Shown here: in pieces, positions 51,103-64,000 of the stretch
How the letters are laid out: each line of letters starts with the position of its first letter
Position numbering within the stretch: the stretch's first letter is position 1
From: a bacterium
GTDB lineage: Bacteria; DUMJ01
Assembly: GCA_049970495.1 (NCBI GenBank)
Contig: JBMFMV010000003.1
Coordinates: forward strand, 8,754-72,753
DNA: 64,000 nt
Direction: 5' to 3'
Translations under genes and position numbers: made by a program
The notes under the pieces: generated by a model
The model's input: only the letters and a program-made list of their open reading frames with translations
Told to the model about the DNA's origin: nothing
The model's database searches: none

Positions 51103-51799
51103 AGTCTTTTTGGAAAAAGTTTCTGATACGATAAAGGTTTTTGATAGGGAGATCCTTCGTCATATTTCTGCTAGAAGACTTTCTGAGGGTGATCAATTAA
51201 TAGTCTGTGATAGATTTGGCCAGTCTTATATATATAGAATAAAAGAGAGAGAACAGAGTAGTATTTTACTAGAAAAAGTAGAACCAATAGAATTTTCTTT
51301 CCCTTTAAAGAATGTTATATACGCCCAAGCTCTCATAAGACCTCGAAAGTTAGAATCAATTATTTCTTACAGTACTCAATTAGGAGTAGAATCTTTTGTC
51401 TTTTTTGTATCTAAGAGGTCATCGATAAGGGATCTAAGTATAGTTAAAAAGAGATTAGATAGACTTAGGAGTGTAGCTATGGCTTCGGCTGAGATATCCA
51501 TGAATAGGGTACCTGATATAAAAATTGTGCCTGATCTTAAGACTCTTCTAGAACAGTTTAGTACTTATAAGCCTTTATTACTTTATGAAAATGCACAGGA
51601 GAGATTAAATTTAGAATGGCTTAAGAATAATGATATTAATGACATACTATTTATCATAGGTCCGGAAGGCGGTTTTGAGGATGAAGAAGTTGAGATAGTT
51701 AGGGAAAGGGGTGGCTTTATTCTTTCATTAGGTGATAGAATCTTGACCTCCGAAGTAGCTGGTTTTGTTGTTCTTTCCCTTATTCAATTTGGGATCTAA
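51089..51799 (+). CDS. rsmE: 16S rRNA (uracil1498-N3)-methyltransferase RsmE
   Basis: RsmE-like PUA and SPOUT arrangement (IIGPEGGFEDEE). ATG at 51089 chosen. Confidence 0.7.
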   Translation: MTLLRVFLEKVSDTIKVFDREILRHISARRLSEGDQLIVCDRFGQSYIYRIKEREQSSILLEKVEPIEFSFPLKNVIYAQALIRPRKLESIISYSTQLGVESFVFFVSKRSSIRDLSIVKKRLDRLRSVAMASAEISMNRVPDIKIVPDLKTLLEQFSTYKPLLLYENAQERLNLEWLKNNDINDILFIIGPEGGFEDEEVEIVRERGGFILSLGDRILTSEVAGFVVLSLIQFGI

Positions 51800-51804
51800 G
51801 TATT

Positions 51805-53046
51805 ATGAGATTTCGAATATATACCTTTGGTTGCAAGACCAATCAGTATGATTCAGAATTCTTAAGAAGAATTTTAGTTAACTCTATGAAAGAGGCTAAT
51901 GATGAAGAGATTCCGGATATTATTATTGTCAATACTTGCTCTGTAACACATATAGCAGAGAGAAAGGCTAGAACTTTAATTAGACATCTTTTAAGGACTT
52001 ATCCTACTGCTAAGGTAATTGTTACCGGATGTTATGCAGAGAGAGACCCTAAAGCTATAGAAAACCTTGGCAATCTTATAGTAGTAGGTAATAGAGATAA
52101 AGAGAAGATACCTAGTTTATTATTGCCTGATTCTATTCCCAAGATTTTACCTGAAGATAAAAGTAAAAGGATAAGGGCTTTTGTGAAGATTCAAGATGGT
52201 TGTGATGATTTCTGTTCCTATTGTATAGTCCCTTATGTAAGAGGTCCTGTCCGTTCTAGAAAGACTGAAGAAATCTTAAAAGAAGTTAAGACTTTGGCTG
52301 AATTAGGTTATCCTGAGATTGTATTAACAGGTATACATATAGGCAGATTTGAAGATAATGGAAGAAGACTTTCCGATTTAGTAAAGCTTATATATAGAGA
52401 AGTTCCAGATATAAAAAGAATTAGATTAAGTTCTATAGAACCTCAAGAAGTGAATAGAGAAATTATAAGACTCTTTAATGAAGTTCCTATTTTATGTCCT
52501 CACATACATTTAGTTGCTCAAAGTGGGAGTAATAAGGTCTTAAAGGATATGAGAAGAAAGTATACAAGGAAGGAATATCTTTCTCTAGTTGAGGAGTTCA
52601 GATCGATTAGAAATGATATAGAATTTACCACTGATATAATAGTGGGATTTCCTACTGAAGAAGAAAGGGATTTTGAGGATACTATATCTTTGGTAAAAGA
52701 GGTTGGCTTTATTAAAGTACATATATTCCCTTTTTCCCCTAGGCCAGGAACCGATGCCTTTTCCCTAAAGAGAATAGATAAGAAGGTAGTTAGAGAAAGA
52801 GAAGAAAGACTTAAAGAGGTAAGTTTAGACGTAGCCTTTAATAGGCTTAAAAATATTATAGGAGAGGATATGGAAATTCTAGTAGAGAGATATTCAAATG
52901 GTGTAGCAGTCGGTCTGACTAAAACTTATATTAGAGTCTATTCGACTGTATCTTCCCCTATTTCTATAGGGGACCTTATAAGGGTCCGCATCAATAGTGT
53001 AAATAAGGGAAAAGACAGCGTAAATCTTAAGGGCACTTCTTCTTAG
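51805..53046 (+). CDS. mtaB: Radical-SAM methylthiotransferase (MtaB/MiaB-like) with TRAM domain
   Basis: MTTase N-domain YTFGCKTNQYDSE. Radical SAM GCDDFCSYC. Confidence 0.8.
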   Translation: MRFRIYTFGCKTNQYDSEFLRRILVNSMKEANDEEIPDIIIVNTCSVTHIAERKARTLIRHLLRTYPTAKVIVTGCYAERDPKAIENLGNLIVVGNRDKEKIPSLLLPDSIPKILPEDKSKRIRAFVKIQDGCDDFCSYCIVPYVRGPVRSRKTEEILKEVKTLAELGYPEIVLTGIHIGRFEDNGRRLSDLVKLIYREVPDIKRIRLSSIEPQEVNREIIRLFNEVPILCPHIHLVAQSGSNKVLKDMRRKYTRKEYLSLVEEFRSIRNDIEFTTDIIVGFPTEEERDFEDTISLVKEVGFIKVHIFPFSPRPGTDAFSLKRIDKKVVREREERLKEVSLDVAFNRLKNIIGEDMEILVERYSNGVAVGLTKTYIRVYSTVSSPISIGDLIRVRINSVNKGKDSVNLKGTSS

Positions 53047-53053
53047 CTTAGGA

Positions 53054-53151
53054 GTATTTGAAATCTGTAAGTTCGTATTGTATTAGAAAGTTTCAAATAG
53101 TCCTTTGGTCTGTCAAAAATAGGGCTCCATAAGCTTTTGCGTAGAACTTAC
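53054..53151 (+). other. Interleaved inverted repeats downstream of mtaB; probable terminator region, alternative structures possible
   Basis: gtatttgaaa (53054-63) pairs with tttcaaatag (53091-100). tgtaagttc (53066-74) pairs with gaacttaca (53143-51). A TTGATT-17-ATAATT promoter-like element follows at 53167-53195. Confidence 0.35.
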
Positions 53152-53214
53152 AAAGCCTCGGCATATTGATTTTCTAATTACTGGTGGTATAATTCTATAT
53201 CTAGGTGATGTGGC

Positions 53215-53874
53215 ATGCCTGAAAAGATTAAGAATGTAGCGGTGATAGGTTTAGGCAGATTTGGTTTTTCCCTAGCTGTAAATTTACAGCAGCTAGGTTG
53301 TAACGTATTGGCTATAGATAGTGATGCGGATGTTATAGAGAACATAAAAGATGGTATATCGCAGGCGTTAGTCTTAGATGCCACTGACGAAACTGCATTA
53401 AGAGAGGCGGGAGTAGGAGATATGGATGCAGCATGCATTTCAACAGGAAGGGATTTACAATCGAGTGTTTTGACTGCCCTTATATTAAAAAAACTTGGTG
53501 TAAAATATATTTTAGCTACTGCGATAAATGATTTGCACAAGAAGATACTAGAAAAGATTGGGGTAAATCTTATCATTTTTCCTGAAAAAGATATGGGGGC
53601 TAGAATTGCATACAGGTTAACTCACCCCACAGTCTTAGAGAGGATAGAAGTCTCTCCAGATATAGAAATGATAGAAATAGATCCTTTAGAATGGATGATT
53701 GGAAAATCTCTGTCAGAGATAGACCTGCCAAAGAGATATGGAATAAGAATATTCGCTATAAGAAGGAAAGATAAAACTATAACAGAACTTACAGGAGATA
53801 CAAGAATCTTAAAGGATGATAAGATATATATCTATGGAAGGCATAACGCTATAGAGAAATTTGTGGAGCACTAA
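53215..53874 (+). CDS. ktrA: K+ uptake regulatory subunit KtrA/TrkA-type (RCK_N + RCK_C), copy 1
   Basis: Rossmann VAVIGLGRFG. 219 aa. Confidence 0.8.
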   Translation: MPEKIKNVAVIGLGRFGFSLAVNLQQLGCNVLAIDSDADVIENIKDGISQALVLDATDETALREAGVGDMDAACISTGRDLQSSVLTALILKKLGVKYILATAINDLHKKILEKIGVNLIIFPEKDMGARIAYRLTHPTVLERIEVSPDIEMIEIDPLEWMIGKSLSEIDLPKRYGIRIFAIRRKDKTITELTGDTRILKDDKIYIYGRHNAIEKFVEH

Positions 53875-53876
53875 CT

Positions 53877-55208
53877 ATGCAGAAAGAGAACAATCCTTGG
53901 CGCTTTATAGTTCTCAGTTTCCTTTTTATAATCCTTACTGGAGCTTTATTATTGATGTTACCAATCTCTTCCAGATCTGGAAGATTTACCGATCCTCTCA
54001 CTGCTCTCTTTACTGCTACCTCTGCTACATGTGTTACAGGACTTGTGGTTGTCGATACTGGGACTTACTGGACATTTTTTGGTCAGATAGTTATTTTACT
54101 TTTAATACAATTAGGCGGTATAAGCTATATGACTCTTCTAAGTTTTTTAGCTCTGTTACTTCGTAGGCAAGTCTTTCTACATGAAAGAATTATCTTACAG
54201 GAATCTCTTAATACTTGGTCTATTAGAGGTGTTATGCGATTGGCTAGGTTAGTCCTTTTTACGGTAATCTCATTTGAAGGGATTGGTGCTTTATTTCTAT
54301 TTTTGGTCTTTAAAAAAGATTATCCTCTTCTGACCTCTATAAAATTTGGCATCTTTCACAGTATCTCTGCCTTCTGTAATGCCGGTTTTGATCTTTTAGG
54401 AGGATTTAAAAGTTTTACTGGATATGTAGATAATCCTCTCTTGGTATTTACGGTGACATCTCTTATCATATTTGGCGGTATAGGATTTATTGTGATGCAT
54501 GACCTCAGAAGTAATCTTTTTAATTGGAAAAAACTTACTCTACACTCCAAATTGGCTATAGTAACAACACTTATCCTGATAAGTTCAGGTACAGTAGTTG
54601 TTGGAATCTTGGAATGGAAAAATCCAAACACTTTGGGAAGTCTTTCTGTTAATGGGAAATTATTAGGGGCTTATTTTCAAGCTGTAACTCCTAGGACAGC
54701 TGGTTTTAATACTGTTAATATTGGAGGAATGCGACCAGAAACATTACTTTTTGTCATTTTACTTATGTTCATAGGGGCGTCTCCTGGTGGTACTGGTGGA
54801 GGTATAAAAACGGTAACATTTGCTGTTCTATTATATGCGGTAAGAGCCACTCTTATGGGATATGAAAATGTAGAGATATTTGGGCGTAGGTTATATTGGG
54901 ATTCTGTTAGAAAAGCTTGGGCTGTATTTTTTCTCTCTTTAGCGCTTATATTTGTAAGCTGGTTTATACTTTTATTAACAGAGAATTTCCCTCCTCTTAA
55001 CATCCTTTTTGAGGTGGTTTCAGCCTTTGGTACTGTTGGTTTATCTACAGGCATAACTCCAAGTTTGTCCCCTATAGGAAAGGTGATAATAATTCTAAAT
55101 ATGTATCTTGGTAGAGTTGGTTTAGTAGTCTTTGGCCTATCTTTCTTATATCCTTTAAGGAGAAGGGCTCATATAGAATTGCCTTATGGTGAGGTGAGTA
55201 TAGGATGA
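53877..55208 (+). CDS. ktrB: K+ transporter membrane subunit KtrB/TrkH
   Basis: Multi-pass membrane protein with repeated selectivity-filter-like glycines (SPGGTGGGIKT). 443 aa. Confidence 0.8.
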   Translation: MQKENNPWRFIVLSFLFIILTGALLLMLPISSRSGRFTDPLTALFTATSATCVTGLVVVDTGTYWTFFGQIVILLLIQLGGISYMTLLSFLALLLRRQVFLHERIILQESLNTWSIRGVMRLARLVLFTVISFEGIGALFLFLVFKKDYPLLTSIKFGIFHSISAFCNAGFDLLGGFKSFTGYVDNPLLVFTVTSLIIFGGIGFIVMHDLRSNLFNWKKLTLHSKLAIVTTLILISSGTVVVGILEWKNPNTLGSLSVNGKLLGAYFQAVTPRTAGFNTVNIGGMRPETLLFVILLMFIGASPGGTGGGIKTVTFAVLLYAVRATLMGYENVEIFGRRLYWDSVRKAWAVFFLSLALIFVSWFILLLTENFPPLNILFEVVSAFGTVGLSTGITPSLSPIGKVIIILNMYLGRVGLVVFGLSFLYPLRRRAHIELPYGEVSIG

Positions 55209-55861
55209 GATTATTTTATAGACCTTCTCAATATGCAGTTATAGGAATTGGAAGATTTGGGACCTCGGTAGTTGAAACTTTAGCTGGACTAGGTTATGAG
55301 GTACTTGCTATAGACCCTGAGGAGAAGAATATAGAGAGGGTAAGAAATATAGCCACCTATACTGCTGTTGTAGATGTTACTAATGAGAATGAACTTAAGG
55401 AAACTGGAATCACTAATGTAGATATAGCTATAGTTTGTCTATCAGATTTAGAGATGAACATACTTGCTACTATGATAGTTAAGGAGTTAGGAATAAGATA
55501 TGTGATAGCTAGAGGCTTGAACGATAATCATATAGAGATCTTAAAACTAATTGGTGCAGACTGGATAGTTTGTCCAGAAAAAGAAATGGGAAGAAGGATA
55601 GCACAGAAGATGGCTATGCCTGGTATAATTGATCCTATGGACGCTATGCCTGAAGCAAGAGTCATTGAGATCACTGCTACTCAGGATTTGATTGGTAAGA
55701 GGATTCAAGAAATTGCTCCTCCTACTAGTGGTATTTTAATCTTAGGTATAAGAAGAAATGGTAATGTTATTGTAGTTCCTAGTCCTGAAGAGATTATAAG
55801 ATCGAACGACGAGATATACCTTTTTGGTTCCCTTTCCGCTCTTGAAGGTTTTATAGTTTAA
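55205..55861 (+). CDS. K+ uptake regulatory subunit KtrA/TrkA-type, copy 2 (paralog of copy 1)
   Basis: Rossmann AVIGIGRFG. Alignable to copy 1 over its full length. Confidence 0.8.
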   Translation: MRLFYRPSQYAVIGIGRFGTSVVETLAGLGYEVLAIDPEEKNIERVRNIATYTAVVDVTNENELKETGITNVDIAIVCLSDLEMNILATMIVKELGIRYVIARGLNDNHIEILKLIGADWIVCPEKEMGRRIAQKMAMPGIIDPMDAMPEARVIEITATQDLIGKRIQEIAPPTSGILILGIRRNGNVIVVPSPEEIIRSNDEIYLFGSLSALEGFIV

Positions 55862-55977
55862 TGATATTATATAGACTTAAGGTGGCTTGTACTTTAAAAG
55901 ACAAGACCATCTATTAATTTAAAGATAGATAAAAATTCGTCCGGTACCAATATCGGACTGGAACGGAGGTGTTTAGT

Positions 55978-56661
55978 ATGCGTATATCCAATAAAGAAAT
56001 TGCTTTAGGTGGGTTATTTGGAGGTATTATATTATTTCTTGGTTTCTCTTATCTAGGTTATATTCCTCTCCCTACTCCGGCTGGTGCTGCTACAATTATG
56101 CATATACCGGTTATAGTTGCAGGTTTGGTCCTTGGTCCTAAGTTTGGCGCTATAGCTGGTACGCTTTTCGGCCTATCCGCCTTATACTATTTCTTGAGTA
56201 TAGCTCCTCCCTGGGTATTATTCCCAGCTAGGCCCTTTATCGGCGTGGTTCCCCCACTTGTATATTGGGGGATGTTTAAGATACTTAGCAGGAAAGAGAA
56301 ATCTTTTGTAAGATGGGTATCTTTAATTGTTTCAGTTTTCCTCTTAATTATTACCCTTAAGCTAAGTTATGATAAACTAGGTATTAACTTTTGGTTTATC
56401 TTACTTTCACTTTTATTGGTTTTAATAATTGTATTTTGGATAAGAAGCTCTGATCCAAAGATTGTTTCTCTTGCTGTTGCCTCATTTTTAGGAAGTCTGA
56501 CCAATACTGTTGGGACATTAGGATTAGCTGTAGTATTTAAGATTTTTCCCATCGGTACTGCCCTTTCTATTGGAATAATCCATGGTATTCCTGAAGCGAT
56601 ATTAGCTGTAGTCATATGCACTCCTATAGTAATGGCTTTAGAAAGGAGAGTTAAAGGATGA
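55978..56661 (+). CDS. ECF-transporter substrate-specific (S) component, predicted pantothenate (PanT)
   Basis: ~6-TM small membrane protein. ATG at 55978 with GGAGG RBS. Stop overlaps the coaX start (ATGA). Confidence 0.45.
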   Translation: MRISNKEIALGGLFGGIILFLGFSYLGYIPLPTPAGAATIMHIPVIVAGLVLGPKFGAIAGTLFGLSALYYFLSIAPPWVLFPARPFIGVVPPLVYWGMFKILSRKEKSFVRWVSLIVSVFLLIITLKLSYDKLGINFWFILLSLLLVLIIVFWIRSSDPKIVSLAVASFLGSLTNTVGTLGLAVVFKIFPIGTALSIGIIHGIPEAILAVVICTPIVMALERRVKG

Positions 56662-57422
56662 TAATAGCTATTGATGTTGGAAATACTAATATTGATATTG
56701 GATTCTTTCAAGGATATAGATTATTAAGACACTTTGAGCTTTCTACTAATAGACAGGCAACAAGTTACGAATATGCACTAAATCTTTCTTGGCTCATTGG
56801 TAATAATAATTTAAAGGCAGATGATATAGAAGGGGTTGCATTGTCATCAGTTGTGCCCCCTGTGACCTTAGAGTTAGAACGGGCCGTAAGATATCTCTTT
56901 GGTTTAAAACCATTTATAGTTGCTCCCGGTATAAAGACTGGTTTGATTATAGAAGTAGAAAATCCTAAAGAGGTAGGTTCAGACATAATATGTAATGCAG
57001 TATCTTTAGTGGAAGACTATAGGATATCTGGAATAGTTGTAGATTTTGGGACCGCTATTACGGTTACAGGTGTCAAAGATAGAAAACTGCTTGGGGTGGC
57101 GATAGCTCCTGGGATATGGACTGCTAGTTCTGCTCTTTGGGAAAGAGCGGCAAGACTTTCCCCTGTAGATATATTTAATCCTCCAGAGAGTGTACTTGGT
57201 AAAAATACTGTTACCGCTATGCAGTCTGGAATAATATACGGTTTTGTTGGTTTAGTAGATAAACTTGTCTCTTTGGAATTACAAGAGATGGAAATAGAAC
57301 CTTTTGTTATAGCTACTGGCGGTTGGTCTGAGAGGATAGCCAAGTATTGTAGCACTATAAATCTGGTAGACCCTTATCTTACTCTTAAGGGTCTCTGTAG
57401 ATTGTACATGAAGAATATGTAG
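56658..57422 (+). CDS. coaX: Type III pantothenate kinase
   Basis: MIIAIDVGNTNIDIGFF N-terminus. ASKHA fold. 254 aa. Confidence 0.85.
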   Translation: MIIAIDVGNTNIDIGFFQGYRLLRHFELSTNRQATSYEYALNLSWLIGNNNLKADDIEGVALSSVVPPVTLELERAVRYLFGLKPFIVAPGIKTGLIIEVENPKEVGSDIICNAVSLVEDYRISGIVVDFGTAITVTGVKDRKLLGVAIAPGIWTASSALWERAARLSPVDIFNPPESVLGKNTVTAMQSGIIYGFVGLVDKLVSLELQEMEIEPFVIATGGWSERIAKYCSTINLVDPYLTLKGLCRLYMKNM

Positions 57423-57460
57423 CCAATTGACTTTTTTACTTCTTTTCATACAATATAATA

Positions 57461-58729
57461 GTGGATTTTGGGACAGATAAAATAAAAAGAAAACTAAGAG
57501 AGTCTATTGCCCTTAGGAATATAGCATTACTCTACGGCGAAATAGCATTTATTGGGGTCTTAAATGGTACTATCGGCACGTATCTAGGGGTATTTGCTAT
57601 AAGACTAGGGGCTTCTAATAGTATTATAGGTCTTATGTCCTCATTACCCGCTTTTCTTACCGTCCTTCTTATGTATCCAGCCTCCCAGCTAGTAAGTCTT
57701 TGGAAGGATAAGATAGAGATAAACAAGTGGACATTCCTATTTACTAGGATCCTTTATCTTCCTCTGGCTTTTGCCCCTTACTTTCCTCAGCCTGCTCTAT
57801 TTATACTTATGATTGTTACTCTATTGGCTATACCTGCTACTTCCGCTAATATTGCGTTTAATGTCATGTTCATAGACCTTATCCCTTCTTATCTAAGAGC
57901 TACCATACTCTCTAATAGGAATATGCTCCTGATGTTTATACAGACTTTTACATCTACCCTAGTAGGATATTTCTTAGATAAAACTAAGTTCCCAGTAAAC
58001 TTTCAGATAGTTATGTTCATTGGTTTTGTTGCAAGTATGATGAGTCTTTTTCTTATGTCATTCTTAAAACCTATAAGAAAGTTTAGTAAGAGTGAAGATG
58101 TCTCTATTAATTGGAAGAGAATAATTCTTTCTATAGGGACACAGTTTAAAGATATAATTAGTATCTTTAGAGAAGATCAGGCTTTTAAGAATTTTCAGTT
58201 TGCAACCTTTATATTTTATCTTGGGCTCTATATCCCTATGCCTCTTTTTGGTATTAGGATGATAAGAGAACTGCATTTTACTAATTTTGTTATCGGTCTC
58301 ACATCCACCTCTAGCGGATTAGCTATGGCTCTTTCCTATCCTTTTTGGAATAGATTGGGGAAGAAAATAGGAGTGAGAAATGCCTTATTTTGGAGTAATA
58401 TAGGAATAGCTTTCTATCCATTTATCTTTATTATGCTTAGAAGGCCAACTGAAATAATAGCACTTTCCGCTCTAGGTGGCTTCTTTAGTGCAGGATTTAG
58501 TATTTTTATGTATATGGCTCTTTTAATCTTCTTGCCTTCTGAAAAAAAGGCAGAGTATTTAGCTATAAATGGAATTATCTCAAATGTGAGTCTTACAATT
58601 GGTCCTATAATAGGGACACAACTCTCAAATGTTATGGGGATATCACCTGTATTTTTTATAGGGACTATTATTAGAATTATTGGGACGTATCTTTATCTAA
58701 AGAATGTACCTAAAGGAAGGTCTAGTTAG
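57461..58729 (+). CDS. MFS transporter
   Basis: 12-TM profile. Only a GTG start is available in frame. Confidence 0.6.
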   Translation: MDFGTDKIKRKLRESIALRNIALLYGEIAFIGVLNGTIGTYLGVFAIRLGASNSIIGLMSSLPAFLTVLLMYPASQLVSLWKDKIEINKWTFLFTRILYLPLAFAPYFPQPALFILMIVTLLAIPATSANIAFNVMFIDLIPSYLRATILSNRNMLLMFIQTFTSTLVGYFLDKTKFPVNFQIVMFIGFVASMMSLFLMSFLKPIRKFSKSEDVSINWKRIILSIGTQFKDIISIFREDQAFKNFQFATFIFYLGLYIPMPLFGIRMIRELHFTNFVIGLTSTSSGLAMALSYPFWNRLGKKIGVRNALFWSNIGIAFYPFIFIMLRRPTEIIALSALGGFFSAGFSIFMYMALLIFLPSEKKAEYLAINGIISNVSLTIGPIIGTQLSNVMGISPVFFIGTIIRIIGTYLYLKNVPKGRSS

Positions 58730-59944
58730 GTTCCTATTTCCCAACTCTCTAGGTATCTTTTCTGTTCTTCTGTTAATTCATCTATCTCTACCCCCATTGT
58801 TAGAAGTTTTCTCTTAGCTACCGTTCTATCAATCTCTATAGGAACATCTAGCACTTTTGGAGGTAGATTTTTCCCCTCTCTTACTAGATACTCTACTGCA
58901 AGAGCTTGATTGGAAAAACTCATATCCATAACACTTGAAGGATGTCCTTCTGCACAGGCTAGGTTTAATAACCTTCCTCTTGCTAATAGATAAAGTTTTT
59001 TGCCATCTAGAAGAGTAAACTCTTCTAGCTCGTCCCTTATCGTCCTTCTAGAAATAGAAATCTCTTCTAATCCTTTTACATCTATCTCTACATCAAAATG
59101 ACCTGAATTACCTAGTATAGCACCGTCTTTCATAAGACGAAAGTGTTCTTTTCTTATTACATTTATATTCCCAGTAACAGTCACAAATATATCTCCATAT
59201 CTTACCGCTTCTCTTATTGGCATAACATCGTATCCATCCATAACTGCTTCTAGAGCTCTTATATAGTCTACCTCTACCACTATTACTTTGGCACCCATAC
59301 CTCTAGCTCTGCTTGCTAAACCTTTTCCACATTGACCGTATCCACATACTACAAAAGTCTTCCCTGCTAACAGTATATTGGTAGCTCTCAATATACCATC
59401 TATGGTACTTTGACCCGTTCCGTATCTATTGTCAAAGAAGTGCTTGGTCATAGCGTTATTTACTGCTATTACAGGGATTCTTAACTGTTTATTCTTTTCT
59501 AGACTTAAAAGCCTATTTACTCCTGTGGTTGTTTCCTCTGTACCGCCTATTGTATACTCTCCAAATTCTTCCCATCTCTTATGTAAGACTGCAGTTAAAT
59601 CTCCGCCATCATCCATAATTATATGAGGTTTTATAGAGAGAACTTTTTTGATATCTCTATAATACTCTTCTGTATTTATTCCCCTTTTTGCAAAGACATT
59701 TGCAGTCCCTTCTTCTACTAAGGTTTCTGCTACTTCATCCTGAGTACTTAATGGATTTGAACCACATAGTGCTATCTCTGCTCCACCAGTCCTAAGCGTC
59801 CTTGCTAAGACGGCTGTCTCTGCTGTAACATGTAGACACATCCCTATCCTTATACCCGCAAATGGCTTTTCCCTGTTAAAATCTTCCCTTAAAGATACTA
59901 AGACAGGCATTTGTCTCTCTGCCCACTCTATTCTTAATCTTCCT

Positions 59945-59952
<8 letters not shown>
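58726..59952 (-). CDS. ahcY: Adenosylhomocysteinase
   Basis: N-terminal WAERQMPVL and NAD-binding GYGQCGKG motifs. 408 aa. Confidence 0.9.
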
Positions 59953-63196
<3,244 letters not shown>

Positions 63197-63206
<10 letters not shown>

Positions 63207-64000
63207 AATTTCCCCCTCCTAATAAGGTCTAATAGATTCTCTCCATAAAAATCTGGTTTAAATGATTCTTCAAGACTATTCAACTCTTCTTTAGAAGCTA
63301 TACCACTCAATACTATTCCTGTCTTACACCCCAATCTCTTTCCTGCTACTAGATCCGTTTCTATTCTGTCTCCTATAAGAAGTACCTCTTTTGGATCTTT
63401 TATATCAAACAGATTCAATATAAGTTTCAGACCCACTATTTCTGGTTTGCCAATTACTATCGGCTTCTTCTTAGATGCGGTTTCTACAGCCTTTACTATA
63501 CTTCCTCCACCTGGAATTATACCACTTTCTGTAGGAAATGTAGGGTCTGTATTAGTCGCTATAAATTTAGCCCCAGAGAAGATCGCCTGTTGAGCATATG
63601 TAAGTTTCTGAAAGTTAAAATTCTTATCCATCCCTACTATAACATAGTCAATAGGAGGTTCATAGTTTGACCAGAAGAGATTTCTAAATCCAATCTCTTC
63701 TAATTCCCAAACTATCCCTTCTTCCCCTATAATAAAAATTCTATCATCCTTATCCGCTTCTCTATCTAAATAGAGTGCGGTAAGGTAGCTAGAAGTAAAT
63801 ATATCAGATATAGAGATGTCCACTCCTATATTACTCAATAATTCTACCGCTCTTTTCCTAGGCCTAGTAGAATTATTGGTGAGATAAACTACCTTAATGC
63901 CACTCTCTTTTAATAACTTTATCCCTTCTATAGCTCCTGTTATTGGAATCTTTCCTTTTATAACTACTCCATCTATGTCTAATATGACTAACCTTACATT
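63197..64000 (-). CDS. HAD-IIA family hydrolase (NagD-like), N-terminal end lies outside the window
   Basis: Frame stays open to nt 64000. Upstream of the ORF-track TTG start it encodes ...NVRLVILDIDGVVIKGK...VVYLTNNSTRPRK (HAD motif I DxDG and the LTNNS block). Confidence 0.75.

Noticed and set aside
53178-53576. 132-aa minus-strand ORF
   Set aside because: It is fully antisense to ktrA copy 1, whose Rossmann motif and context are unambiguous.
55862-55977. Imperfect hairpins between ktrA copy 2 and the ECF S-component gene, considered as a possible riboswitch
   Set aside because: Stems are short (5-8 bp with mismatches), no conserved riboswitch core could be recognised, and no riboswitch is known for pantothenate. 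More likely a weak terminator or plain spacer.

Overview
This is a 64-kb chromosomal segment from an AT-rich bacterium, roughly one-third GC by eye, with the I/K/E-rich proteins and heavy overlap of adjacent genes typical of a thermophilic anaerobe. Coding is dense, with 60 CDS on both strands. No rRNA, tRNA or CRISPR array was seen.

Gene content, left to right:
- sulfatase gene 3' end
- shikimate operon (aroE-aroC-aroK-aroB-aroG-tyrA, minus strand)
- bacterioferritin and a DUF362 protein
- rpmH-rnpA-yidD-yidC-jag-mnmE-mnmG-rsmG
- membrane protein and M23 peptidase
- URO-D-family methyltransferase and formate-THF ligase
- Spy/CpxP-like periplasmic protein
- cytoplasmic [NiFe]-hydrogenase operon (NuoG-like Fe-S subunit, HoxY, HoxH, maturation protease, HypA, HypB, HypF), directly preceded by a decayed IS transposase remnant
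- orphan family-5 solute-binding protein, G6PD, PfpI/DJ-1
- a carbohydrate/hydroxy-acid island (SIS isomerase, CE4-like protein, PHP hydrolase, LarA-like racemase, DapA-family lyase, a RuBisCO-like protein coupled to a 1210-aa GH38 alpha-mannosidase, LctP permease, MFS transporter)
- ccdA, then CIRCE-hrcA-grpE-dnaK-dnaJ
- prmA-rsmE-mtaB
- ktrA-ktrB-ktrA
- ECF S-component and coaX, an MFS transporter
- ahcY, AI-2E transporter, pyrG, MBL hydrolase and a partial HAD-IIA hydrolase

The most unusual feature is the RuBisCO-like protein that retains the RuBisCO metal/carbamate site (KPC...IKDDE) and sits in an apparent operon with the giant GH38 hydrolase, divergent from the LarA-like and DapA-like genes.

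All calls rest on reading the ORF translations and motifs by eye. Nothing was searched against a database. Several ORF-track starts are GTG/TTG, and I moved them to nearby ATG codons with Shine-Dalgarno support where noted.
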